Part shown: positions 52,205-64,000 of the stretch, piece after piece | Position numbering within the stretch: the stretch's first letter is position 1 | How the letters are laid out: every line of letters begins with the position of its first letter | NCBI RefSeq assembly: GCF_006345805.1 | Contig: NC_042997.1 | Coordinates: 115,382,001-115,446,000 of the forward strand | Source: Octopus sinensis | Taxonomy: Eukaryota | DNA: 64,000 nt | Reading direction: 5' to 3' | Notes under the pieces: model-generated | The model's database searches: none | Seen by the model: the letters and a program-made list of their open reading frames with translations, nothing else | Told to the model about the DNA's origin: nothing | Position numbers and translations under genes: made by a program

Positions 52205-53720
52205 CGTAAGATCCCCCACACAAGCATTTTCGCCAATGATTATGGGTTAGAGTTAGGGTTAATGATTTTAGTCTTTGTCTTCAAGCGGTTTATTGAAAGA
52301 CCGACTCCAATGGCAGCCGATTCCAGTTTTGTGAGGAGAGTTTGAACATTTGTGCGTATGTGAGACGAGTTCGAAGTCGCGGTGAGTGAGATGCTGGATG
52401 ATGTGAGCCTTGGTGGGGACGGAGTCATGTCCAGTTCAGATACCACAGAATGCCGTAGTATACAGCCTGAAACTATACTCTTTTCTACTTTTGGCACAAG
52501 GCCCGAAATGTTTGGGGAGGGGGGGAAGTCGTACTTAATTTATCGACCCCCGAAAGGGTGAAAGACAAAGTCGATCTCGGTGGAATTTGAACTCAGAACA
52601 TAACGGCATACGAAATACTTATTTCTTTACTACCCACAAGGGGCTAAACACAGAGAGGATAAACAAGGACAGACAAACAAATTAAGTCGATTATATCGAC
52701 CCCAGTGCGTAACTGGTACTTATTTAATCGACCCCGAAAGGATAAAAGGCAAAGTTGACCTCGGTGGAATTTGAACTCAGAACGTAACGGCAGACGAAAT
52801 ACCTATTTCTTTACTACCCACAAGGGGCTAAACACAGAGAAGACAAACAAGGACAGACAAACGGATTAAGTCGATTATATCGACTCCAGTGCGTAACTGG
52901 CTCTTAATTTATCGACCCTGAAAGGATGACAGACAAAGTCGACTTTGGTGGAATTTGAACTCAGAACGTAGCGGAGGACGAAATACGGCTACGGATTTCG
53001 CCCGGCGTGCTAACGATTCTGCCAGCTCGCCGCCCTAGCCTGAAACTATAATGAAAAAGAAAGGAACTAAGGTGTTCCATTGGAGAAATGTGTTGACTCC
53101 GAATATGTAGGTGTCTCCGTCTGGGATGCATGCGCTATCATTGCATTCTGCATAGATAGAGAGGATGGCATTTACAACTTCATTTGGTATAAGAATCTTA
53201 AACACCCACACGGTAGCCGGAGTCAAAAGCTTTGGTGAAATCCACAAAAACGGCGCATAAAGTCATGCCTTTCTTTCCTGAGATCGTTTCAATAAGTCGG
53301 TTTACATTTAAAGTAGGCAGAGCGGCCTTTGCGGAAGTCGTTTTAGTTTGATCAGAGGAATATTTTGAACACAGAACTGGATGCGACGCGGAAGTTCAAT
53401 ATCTGGATACAGGTAAGGGCCGGAAACCGCTACACTCTACGGTAGCTGACACTGGTAACGGTGGCGTTGGTCTCCTGCACTTCCTTAGAATCCGTGGCAA
53501 CCATATCTCAACGTGTCCTCGTCTCCACATTTTCCAGCAGTAAGAAATTTCAAAAGCGATGACCTAAACTAGCTATCATCGTTTGCTTTTCAAAGTACAG
53601 CGAAAGAAGAACATGTAAACATCTGTGATGACATACAGCGAGCAATCGATACCCTTGGACGAAACTATCTTCAAGCAATTTTCAGTACCTGGAATACAGG
53701 CCTAAAAACCACGCCACAAA
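52205..53720 (-). mobile_element. Degenerate RTE-X-like LINE RT, split by a SINE trimer
   Basis: NDFRKGRS, AVFVDFTKAFDS, PDGDT, QTLLTKLESAAIGVGLSIN..KTK. Confidence 0.65.
52478..53036 (-). mobile_element. Head-type-2 SINE trimer, 14-bp TSD
   Basis: TSD AGCCTGAAACTATA at 52464-52477 and 53037-53050; three body units. Confidence 0.85.
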
Positions 53721-54304
53721 ATCCATGGGCATTTTCAGACAAACCAAACAGAAACTCTTATGGTTTCTCAGACTTTCTGCCTGCGGTCGCACTCTTCTCT
53801 GCAAACACAGCTTCCCGCAAGGGCCATCGTTAAATTTGTGTTAGCATGTCTAATGTAGAAGCATCAAATCTCTAAGTTAAAATTTTTAGTCAAAGCAAAC
53901 CGTTATAGTTTAAGGAAATCTGCTGCTTGGTGCCTGTATCCGAAACGCGAACTCAGGACTCGTGGGTTAAATGACAGGGAAGGAATCTCGTCTACCTTTT
54001 AGCATAAAGCTGTTGCACCTTTCGCGTTTGATAAATATGGCCGATTGAAGAATAAATAAATAAATGAATAAATAAATAAGGTTAACAAATTGATTTACTG
54101 TGTAAACACATCAAACAATATTCTAAACGTAAGTTCTGAAATAAATGTTTATTTAACACATTTTAGTCGATGTTTTACGAGAGTAATTAAAACAGAGAAA
54201 CTGAAGCGGTTACCGGAGAAGGGAGAGGAGAGTTAGAAGAGAGAGGAGAGAGAGAGACAGAGAGAGGAGAAAGCGAGAGAGAGATGGCAATATGGAAGCT
54301 AGAC

Positions 54305-54332
54305 CGGTTATCGGAAGTCAAAGATGGCGTTC
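54305..54332 (+). promoter_or_regulatory. Adjacent ETS-like (CGGAAGT) and YY1-like (AAGATGGCG) motifs, possible promoter
   Basis: CGGAAGT 54312-54318 and AAGATGGCG 54321-54329 in a repeat-poor, CpG-containing stretch. Confidence 0.3.
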
Positions 54333-54488
54333 TTTTTATCGAAAACCACAACATATCTAATTGTCGGCGTTGTGTGTCATATCTGTTGAATCAGGGACGA
54401 CCATAGATTTTATAACGGGTGCACAAACACCGGTAGTTACTAAACACCTATTCATCAATAAAGTCTCCTCTTCTCTCCTCTGTCTTTA

Positions 54489-54524
<36 letters not shown>

Positions 54525-55231
54525 CTTCTTTCACTATATCCACCAACGTCAAGTTGTGCAGCATCCATGAACAGATTCGAAAAAAAACCTTCTGATCCGT
54601 TTTCGCACGTCTGCCTTCCTGCGCCTTATGGCGTGTGGCTTTTTTTTTAAACACGCAGACTTATTACTTACGCTAAATCATTAACACCAACACTAACTCT
54701 ATTGTCGGCAGCGCGTGAGTGTGCGCACGCGAGTCTATATATGAGAATGCATGCATGCATGTATGTATGTATTTGTTGGTATCCGTGTAGATACGTAGGA
54801 GGGTGTGTTTCTAGGTAAGCTACACGTGCTTACGTGTGTGACAGTGCGTACGTACCAGTTGTCTAATTAGGCCACACACACACACACAAACAAATAATAC
54901 ATACATATTTATGTCTACATACATGTTTATATATATCTATATCTATAAATAAATAAATAGTATAAAGTTTATATATATATACAATACATATATAGATACA
55001 TACATTTATATATATATATATATATCCGTAATAATGAAGGGTGAAATTAATAATTGGAAAATTATCAATACACCAAGTAGTCTTCGGCATGTAAAAGCCT
55101 CATTCGAGGAAAATTTAAGTAATACAAGCAATAAGGGTTTAGCAACGAGTTGCCTTACCACATACCGAATTTGAAATAGCAGTCAAAGGGTTATAGCTAT
55201 TTCTCTACTAAAAAGGGAGATCTCAGTAAAA

Positions 55232-55308
<77 letters not shown>

Positions 55309-55460
55309 CATGTATATATACATGTATATATTCAAAAGAGAATGACTCTTCCCAGACACAACAGAATACACACACACACGCACACACGCATATATATGTT
55401 TATATATATCTGTCTAGTTATACACACACACACACACACACATACACACACACACACACG

Positions 55461-55502
<42 letters not shown>

Positions 55503-55984
55503 GTTGTATTCAATCCCAATACAAGGAAGAAGACCCCTTGTGCCTTTATTTAAACTTCAGACTAAAAACCCAACCCAGCAGTAGTTAAAAATTTGCGGTG
55601 CGTCGCGCTCGAATGAGCAGCAAAGCCACTCACTCATGGCTCGATAGCTTTCTAATCTCGTTTATCTTCTTTCTCCGATGGTTTCACACAAGCGAAGGTG
55701 GCCGACGATAAGTGGTTTTATTGCTGGATTTATGCTGAGTGTATCGGCAAAGTTAAAATGCTTTTACGGTCTTCTCTGACTTCCTGATTAGTATTTCAGC
55801 GCAAGTCTAAACTGCACCACATAAGTGCCATTATTCTCGTTGCGGCTGCCTTGTGCAGACTTCCGGAAATCTAAGCTCGTTGCTATTACAACCAGTCGAT
55901 AAGCACTTCGCCCCAAGTTATTATATTTTTAAGTATATCGCCATCCTTCTTTCCTTTCATCTTTGCGGTCTCACTTCGACATTA

Positions 55985-56005
55985 GTTGCGCTACTACTAC
56001 TGCTG

Positions 56006-56048
<43 letters not shown>

Positions 56049-56500
56049 AACTACTACTACTACTACTACCACTACTAATACTACTACTACCGCTGCTGCT
56101 TCTACTACTATTACTACTACTACTACTACTACTACTACTAGATGCCATTGTCATCATTTCAGTCATCGTCGTTGCTGCCTGGTTGTGGTCGTCACCATCA
56201 TCAACGGCATGACCATCGATATCCTCACCACCACCACCACCACCACCACCACCACCACCACCACCACCACCACAACCACCACCACCACCACCATCACCAC
56301 CACCACCACCATAAACGACATTATTAGCACCGCTATTACAATCACGGTCACAGCTACCAACTTCACCAATATCATCATAATCATCATCACTATTACTACC
56401 ATCACCAACTCCGCCACCATCACTACCACAATCAATACAACTACCCTCGTCATTATCATCATCATCATCATCAACAACAACAACAACAACCTCAGCGCTA
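55985..56500. repeat. (CTA)n/(CAC)n/(CAT)n trinucleotide field
   Basis: direct inspection. Confidence 0.9.
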
Positions 56501-56619
56501 CCTCCATCACTACTTGTGATAGTCCGAAAAAAAGCCTGTGTGATATCCAGTAGATCTAATCACGACAACCTCTCCTGAATGTTATAGTTAAGTAGAGCAG
56601 GTGAGTCATGAAGTTGGCC

Positions 56620-56835
56620 CCAGGTGGAGATTTGATCCATTTAGATCAGCCTGAAGCTTTCGATCGGATCCGACATCGTTATTTGGCGGATAACCTTAGA
56701 ATAACCAGTTTCGGCCGCGTTTCTCGAAGTTGGACCTCGTCAGTGTACATCGTTATCGGTTTGCTGTTTCAATTAAATGGTCAATTACCGGAACTTGCTC
56801 AGTTCACATTCTCTGAATGTCAAGGATGTCCTCTC
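56620..56835 (+). mobile_element. L1/Tx1-clade RT fragment
   Basis: LIHLDQPEAFDRIRHRYL...QLNGQL...QGCPL. Confidence 0.65.
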
Positions 56836-56859
56836 TTGTTTCTCCTGTACTTTTTGCCC

Positions 56860-57775
56860 TTTTATTTGTTTCAGTCATTAGGCTGCGGCCATGCTGGGGC
56901 ACCGCCTTGAGGAATTTCTAGTTGAACAAATCAGTTCCAGTACTTACTGTTTTAAAAGCCTGGTACTTATGCTATCGGTCTCTTTTACGGGGACGTGACC
57001 ATACCAGCATCGGTTGTCAAGCGGTGGTGGGGAGAAAGACAGAGAGACGCACACAGACACACACACACACACATATGAAGGGCTTCTTTCAGTTTCCGTC
57101 TACCAAATCCATTCACAAGACCTTGGTCGACCTGAGATTATAGTAGAAGACACTTGCCCAAGGTGCCACGCAGTGAGACTGAACCCGGAAGCTTCTTACT
57201 GCACAGCCACACTGGTTGTAGCTTCTCAACGATTGCTGTGAGAGCCAGAAGTATCGAAGAAAATACCACTAGAACTGGGACGGTATACAACAGGGATTTT
57301 CTCAACCATTATTTTTGTACCTATGGACCCCTTTTTTTCCCTCTGTTACTCGAGTGGACCCTCATAGTCATATGATGTTTGAAAAATCCTAGGCTGTGTG
57401 GTAAGTAGCTTGTTTACCAACCACATGGTTCCAGGTTCAGTCCCATTGCGTTGCACGTTGGGCAAGTATCTTCTACTATTGCCTCGGGTCGACCAAAGCC
57501 TTGTGAATGAATTTGATAGACGGAAACTGAAAGAAGCCCGTCGTATATGTGTGTGTGTGTGTGTGTGTGTGTTTGTGTGTCTGTGTTTGTCCCCACCCCA
57601 TCGCTTGATAACCGATGTCGGTGTGTTTACGTCCCCGTAACTTAGCAGTTCGGCAAAAGAGACCCACAGAATAAGTACTAGGCTTTCTAAGAATAAGTCC
57701 TGGGGTCGATTTGATCGATTAAAGGCGGTACTCCAGCATGGCCGCAGTCAAATGACTAAAACAAGTAAAACAGTA
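56860..57775. mobile_element. Two CORE-like SINEs (56860-57212 minus; 57389-57775 plus)
   Basis: family match. Confidence 0.75.
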
Positions 57776-58950
57776 ATTTTTTTTGGTTAATATTATTAGG
57801 AATTGTAAAGAAAAAAATTAAAATAGTTTGTGTAATGTAGAATTATTTCTTTTCTACTCTAGGCACAAGGCCCGACATTTTTGGGGATCAGATCGACCCC
57901 AGTACGCAGCTGATACTTTATTTATCGATTCCAAAAGGATGAAAGGCTAAGTCGGCCTCGGCGGAATTTGAACTCAGAATATAATGACAGACGAATTACC
58001 ACTAAGCGTTTCGCCCGGTGTGCTAAGGTTTCTGCCAGTATAACCTGTTTATTGCACGTGAATTTTAACAGCAAAATCTTATATGTATCCCCGAGGGTCA
58101 AATGGGCACCGGTTGAGAACCACTGGATACAGAGTATATCACCACCCTGCTGTGCGACAAATTGGGAATCCCAGCGGTTAACAACATACTGAAGGAATGC
58201 AAGATGTTAACCAGGACAAGTCTGTGAACTGGCAACTCGTTACCCGGAGAGGCAAGTCCACACTGGTCTGCGTCGTGGTTTACTGTCCCATGCCTTATTA
58301 AGAAGCTCTGGTCTAGTTCAGGTCTGATGTCCATGTAGATAGAAACTGAGACAAGGTTAGGAGCGGGAAAGTGAATCTCACTCAGAGATGGGCTGAAAGG
58401 AAGCTAACTTTCAAAGGTCCATCGTGTCGGTAGATTCTTACCAGCCGACTGTTATGTTTTGCTCCAGTTTTTATCAGATCAAATCAGAACGTTTACCATT
58501 TGACTTTTCGTAAAAGAGACATGCTTCACTAGTCAGGTGGTTCATCTGCTTTTTGAACCGGCTATCGAGATGGGTTTTGATGATGCATGTGTTGAGACTG
58601 CGGCACCTATAAATATTCTTGGACAGCGAGCAAGACATTTTATCACGGCTTTTATCTTTGCCAGGACATCAGTCATAGGTCAAGCGATGTTGTTTGTGCA
58701 CTTATCATTTGAAACGTTAAGGGCTCCCCGTTCTTTACCAGTTAGGTAATGCAGCGGGTGGGCAAAATACATAGCGTCTTTTCATCCATCCTTATGTTCT
58801 GAGTTCATATTCCGCCGAGGTCGACTTTCCCTTTCATCCATTCGCGATCGATGAACTAAGTGCCAGTTCAGTACCGGGTCAATGTAATTGACTAGCCTCC
58901 TCACCCAAAATTCCAGGCCTTGTGCCTTAAGTAGAAAGGATTATATAGAG

Positions 58951-59193
58951 CAGTGGTTTACAACTATTTTTTACCCATGGAACCCCACTGATTCCCATTG
59001 TACCCTGCGGGAACCCCATGTTAAAAAAATCTTATATTTTTATTATCAAATATTATTGAGAATTGTATATAAAATGGTTATGAAAATACTTTGTGTATTG
59101 TAGAAGTAGGGCCAATTTATTGCAGATAAACTTTAACAACAAAATCTTATGTGGAACTCCAAGGTTCTTATGGACTCTGGTTGAGAGTTACTG
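58951..59193. mobile_element. hAT (Charlie-like) MITE
   Basis: CAGTGGTTTACAAC ... GTTGAGAGTTACTG; flanks ATATAGAG / GTGTAGAG resemble a decayed 8-bp TSD. Confidence 0.55.
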
Positions 59194-59304
59194 GTGTAGA
59201 GGATTAGCAGCGGGTAGAAGTGATGGCGCTTTCGGGGATTCTGAAAGTCAGCGAGAATCACCTGAGATATCTGCTCCTGAAGAACTCCTTCTGGAGACTA
59301 CTCT

Positions 59305-59785
59305 CTTTTACTCCTTTACTCGTTTCAGTCATTTGACTGTGGCCATGCTGGAGCACCGCCTTTAGTCGAGCAAATCAACCCCAGGACTTTGTAAGCCTAG
59401 TACTTATTCTATCGGTCTCTTTTGCCGAACCGCTAAGTTACGGGGACGTAAACACACCAGCATCGGTTGTCAAGCGATGTTGGGGGACAAACGCAGACAA
59501 ACACACACACACACACACACACCACACACACCACAATATATATATATATATATATAATATATATATAATATATATAATTATATATATATATATATTATAT
59601 ATATATATATGCACATATATATGACGGGCTTCTTTCAGTTTCCGTATACCAAATTCACTCACAAGGCTTTGGTCGGCCCGAGGCTATAGTAGAAAACACT
59701 TGACCAAGGTGTCACGCATTGGGACTGAACCCGGAACCATGTGGTTCGTAAGCAAGCTACGTACCACACAGCTACTCCTATGCCT
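59305..59785 (-). mobile_element. CORE-like SINE, full length
   Basis: family match. Confidence 0.85.
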
Positions 59786-59944
59786 ATGAACAATTACCAG
59801 AAACCCCTGTTTTGGTAGTGTAAACGAAATGCTTTGTCGGTTCGAAAAGTGCCGTTAGCCATGCCTGGTCGAGATGTTGGCAGGGCAACAATACTGTTTT
59901 GTCGGCCCTCGAGATTTTCTTGAAGTACCATTTAGAGAGAGATG

Positions 59945-59977
<33 letters not shown>

Positions 59978-60275
59978 CGAAAGAGAAAGAGAGAGAGAAC
60001 ATGCATTTTCCTATTTATTTACTGAAAGATTAATGAGAGTGGGAAGTATGGCCCGACCGCATGGGCTTATTCTCAACATGCGCCTGTAGGCTGGGGGATC
60101 ATCAGCTGGGAGAGCGGGGTTTTCGTAATAAAGATAAAGCAATGTCTGTAATCTTAATTATACAAATTATATTAACTGAGGACTGGGGTTGAAGATTCAT
60201 AGAGCAGGCTGGAGTAGCAATTAATCAGGTGGGCATTTTAAGGTAACAGTTCTTCAGGTGATCCTTATTATGTTT

Positions 60276-60312
<37 letters not shown>

Positions 60313-60339
60313 CTCTTCTTCTTCTTTTTCTTCTTCTTC

Positions 60340-60770
60340 TTCTTCTTCTTCTTCTTCTTCTTTTCGAACAGTTTCCAATGTAGTCCTTTCGCTACGTGGT
60401 CGTGTCGCATAACTCGTAGTGGTTTTGGGCAAGTCTAGGGTATTCGTTCGTGATATGGGCAATGGTTTCATCTACTCTATTACAGATGCGGCACAGCAAA
60501 AGCACTTGCTCATTCGTCAGGCTGACCCTCCAGTTCATGGCTAGAGCTTGGTCCCGCACTGCCAGTTTAGTGCTCTCGGTCTCTTTTTTTTTTAGGGTTT
60601 CTTTCATCAGACAATCCCACCTATTTTTTCCAGCAAATTCTGTTCTGGCTACATGGAACTGATTGTGTAGTCCCTTCTTGCGTAATTCTTCTTCATGTCC
60701 TTTTTGTACTTCCTTTGTTTTCCCTTTTTTCTCTGCTCTCAATGATCTCCCGTTCCTAGCAAGGTTTCCT
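60340..60770 (-). mobile_element. R4/Dong-clade fragment (zinc-knuckle region)
   Basis: KGLHNQF..KETE..DQAL..CRICNRVDETIAHI..RHDHVAKGLHWKL. Confidence 0.75.
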
Positions 60771-60813
60771 TACTTTGGGCTAGGTATCTTATTTATTTAT
60801 TCATTTATTTATT

Positions 60814-60846
<33 letters not shown>

Positions 60847-60849
60847 TAT

Positions 60850-61640
<791 letters not shown>

Positions 61641-62224
61641 TTTGAGCAGCTATTATGAGACTTCCTAAGACGGCGAGCTGGCAGAATCATTAGCACGCCG
61701 GGCGAAATGTTTAGCGGTATTTCATCTGCCGTTACGTTCTGAGTTCAAATTCAGCCGAGGTCGACTTCGCCTTTCATCCTTTCGGGGTCGATTAAATAAA
61801 TACCAGTTACACACTGAGGTTGATGTAATCGACTTAATCCTTTTGTCTGTCCTTGTATTTTCTTGTATTGTGTTGCCGTCTTCGCAGCTTCTTTCTCTTC
61901 TCCTCTGTCAAATGAAATCAGAATTGCTTCCAACATACTCTTCCATATTACGTTTTGCATCTCTTTACTGTCTTCTACTGGCATCAGTCCTCTCCCACCT
62001 CCTTCCGTGGCAGGTATATTCTATTGGCACTGTCCCTGGGATTATGTATTTACAAATCAATGCGGATAAAGAAAGCTAGCTCATCAGATCATTAGAATAT
62101 CATGATTACATCAATTCTTCAACGCTGACCTGCACTGATTTGTAAATATACAATTTTACTTATAATGCGTAGTATGCGTATTAGTGCGTACATATAAAAT
62201 AATTTGTTATATACTGAACCTATT

Positions 62225-62650
62225 ACATGATGAAGGTTGCGAAACGGGTGTAATCCTGCGGATGTAAAACGTTTAAATAAATATATTCACTTCTCATACC
62301 CACAGAATTTTTATGATTTCTATGTGTACATTGATGCAACTGAAGACACCATGAAAAATCGTCTGCGTAACCCTCCCACATCATTTTTTCAATGGAAACG
62401 AAAGGCACTGCTCATCATTATCTAACATCATCTGGAGGCTCAAACGGAATGGAGTGGAATATACAACTAACTGGTCTATAATAAAAAGTGCTAGACCATC
62501 CAATAGAACATTGTGGGGTGTGTAACTTATGTCTAGAGGAAACTGGGGATCATCACAGTCAGGGAACACATAATGAAGAAGCGTTCCAAAGTAATTGTAT
62601 CATGCGAACATAAGATCAAAGAATCCATCCTAGAATTCGAAGAGAACATT
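62225..62650 (+). mobile_element. Degenerate PLE GIY-YIG endonuclease C-terminus
   Basis: YVYIDATEDTMKNRLRN; LSNIIWRLKRNGVEYTTNWSIIKSARP; CNLCLEE; KKRSKVIVSCEHK across frameshifts. Confidence 0.65.
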
Positions 62651-63292
62651 ACAAAACAGTGAAATACCAAGCATCATTAGCATTTAACTGAACAAGAGAA
62701 GAACTTATAAACGAACTAAACAAAACAAACATAAAAAACATTGTATTTCTGTTATATCATTGTACCATCAGAAGTAATTAAAAGGACCCTTTAAGAGAAC
62801 ATCATTTGTTAACTCAGACAAAACAGTTTGCTTTCTAGCCGTATAACATCAGAATTCGTTGAGGAAGTGCCTGCTGTGACTAAGGTCAAACCAATGACCT
62901 ATACTACCTAACCCAACATGTACACACACAAATATCAAAACAAGTCTAGCCTCACAAACTCTAGCGAATCCTGGCTATCGCTCAGGGTGCCGGGTGCTCG
63001 CGACTGAGGGTTAGTCAACCAGTTCGAAACTGATTCTCTCTCTCGCGATCCCGTTGTCTGCTAGACGATGGTAGTGGGTTTGGTCCCCCACCCTCACTAG
63101 CAATATATAGAGTATATAAAGGGTGCAGCGTCGACCGATAATCAACTAGAGGAAGATCTGCCTGGGTTAAACTAATAGTAACCTGGAACTGTCACTTTCA
63201 CATGGCGATTGACTTTACTTGTTTGTATTCTTACTACTCTGATCTCTTCTTGAGATTTTACAATTAGCTATTTTGCTTATATATACATACAT

Positions 63293-63369
<77 letters not shown>

Positions 63370-64000
63370 ACACATATATATATATATATATATATCCAAG
63401 TAAGTTTTATCTTAATAATTACGATGCGCACTCTTATTCTATCTCTTTTCTGTCTATCTATCTCCCTCTCTTGTTCTTCCTTTCTGTTTTTCTCTCCCAC
63501 CCTTCCCCTATTTTCTTCCTCTCCCCTTCACCGTTCCCTCTTTCTCTCTTTCTCTTTCACTCGTGCTCCTTGACTCTCTCGTTGCTCACACGTGACCAAC
63601 AGCCATTCTCTCTTTCTTCCACTTCCTTCCTAAAGACAAGACGTGCTTTAATCTGTCTCTTCTCAAAGCTCGTTTTTCCAGCTTTCACCACTTCATATCT
63701 TCTTGGCTTAACAGCCCTCACCGTTTTTCTTTACTGTTTTGTTCTCATTATCCTGTTTTTGTTACCACTTTCACTCTCCTCAAAAAATCTTGAAGGACTC
63801 TTTTAACGAAGTTGCGTCATTTTATTACCTTCGAAAACGCGGAGTAGATAAAACAGGGGAGAACTGACGAAGGGAATGTTCTTTACGTTACCTGTCTCGT
63901 TTCTCTGTTTGTTTTTTTCGTTCGAAAAAAGTTCGTTTTCTGTTTTTGTTTATTATGTTCTCGTTTTTCATTCTGTCCACATTTTTTATGTCTTGTACCC

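Noticed and set aside
55060-55110. CGAATGA-GGC...GCC-GAAG hammerhead-like pattern (minus)
   Set aside because: Three core mismatches
57291-58125. Possible hAT MITE ends around two SINEs
   Set aside because: TIR match is weak and the flanking 8-mers do not form a TSD
58130-58750. Unique sequence with three short ORFs
   Set aside because: No recognisable domain or consistent splice structure
60085-60130. GAAA...CTGATGA (type II hammerhead order)
   Set aside because: No stem I or stem III pairing

Overview
Eukaryotic, repeat-dominated window. The SINE families and (TA)n/(CA)n/(TACA)n/(TATC)n arrays look like octopus (cephalopod) DNA; this is inferred from repeat content, not verified. No host gene could be identified with confidence, and no rRNA, genuine tRNA or CRISPR array was seen. 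Most ORF-track entries are microsatellite artefacts. Real coding relics are all transposon-derived: two near full-length Neptune-type Penelope-like elements (PLEs; RT plus GIY-YIG, minus strand, about 6.5-8.8 kb and 33.3-37.6 kb), two other PLE endonuclease relics, an ORF1-only Tx1/L1 derivative, Tc1, mariner, RTE, RTE-X, L1/Tx1 and R4/Dong fragments. About 45 tRNA-derived SINE copies and several MITEs are also present. The most striking signal is about 12 hammerhead-ribozyme motifs from at least 5 PLE terminal-repeat families. They include a recurrent core variant (CUGUUGA/CUGUAGA) attached to the 33-37 kb Neptune element and two elements with inverted terminal repeats. Most of these termini abut (TA)n arrays. 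There is one 100-N assembly gap. Many frameshifts fall in homopolymers and may be assembly errors.
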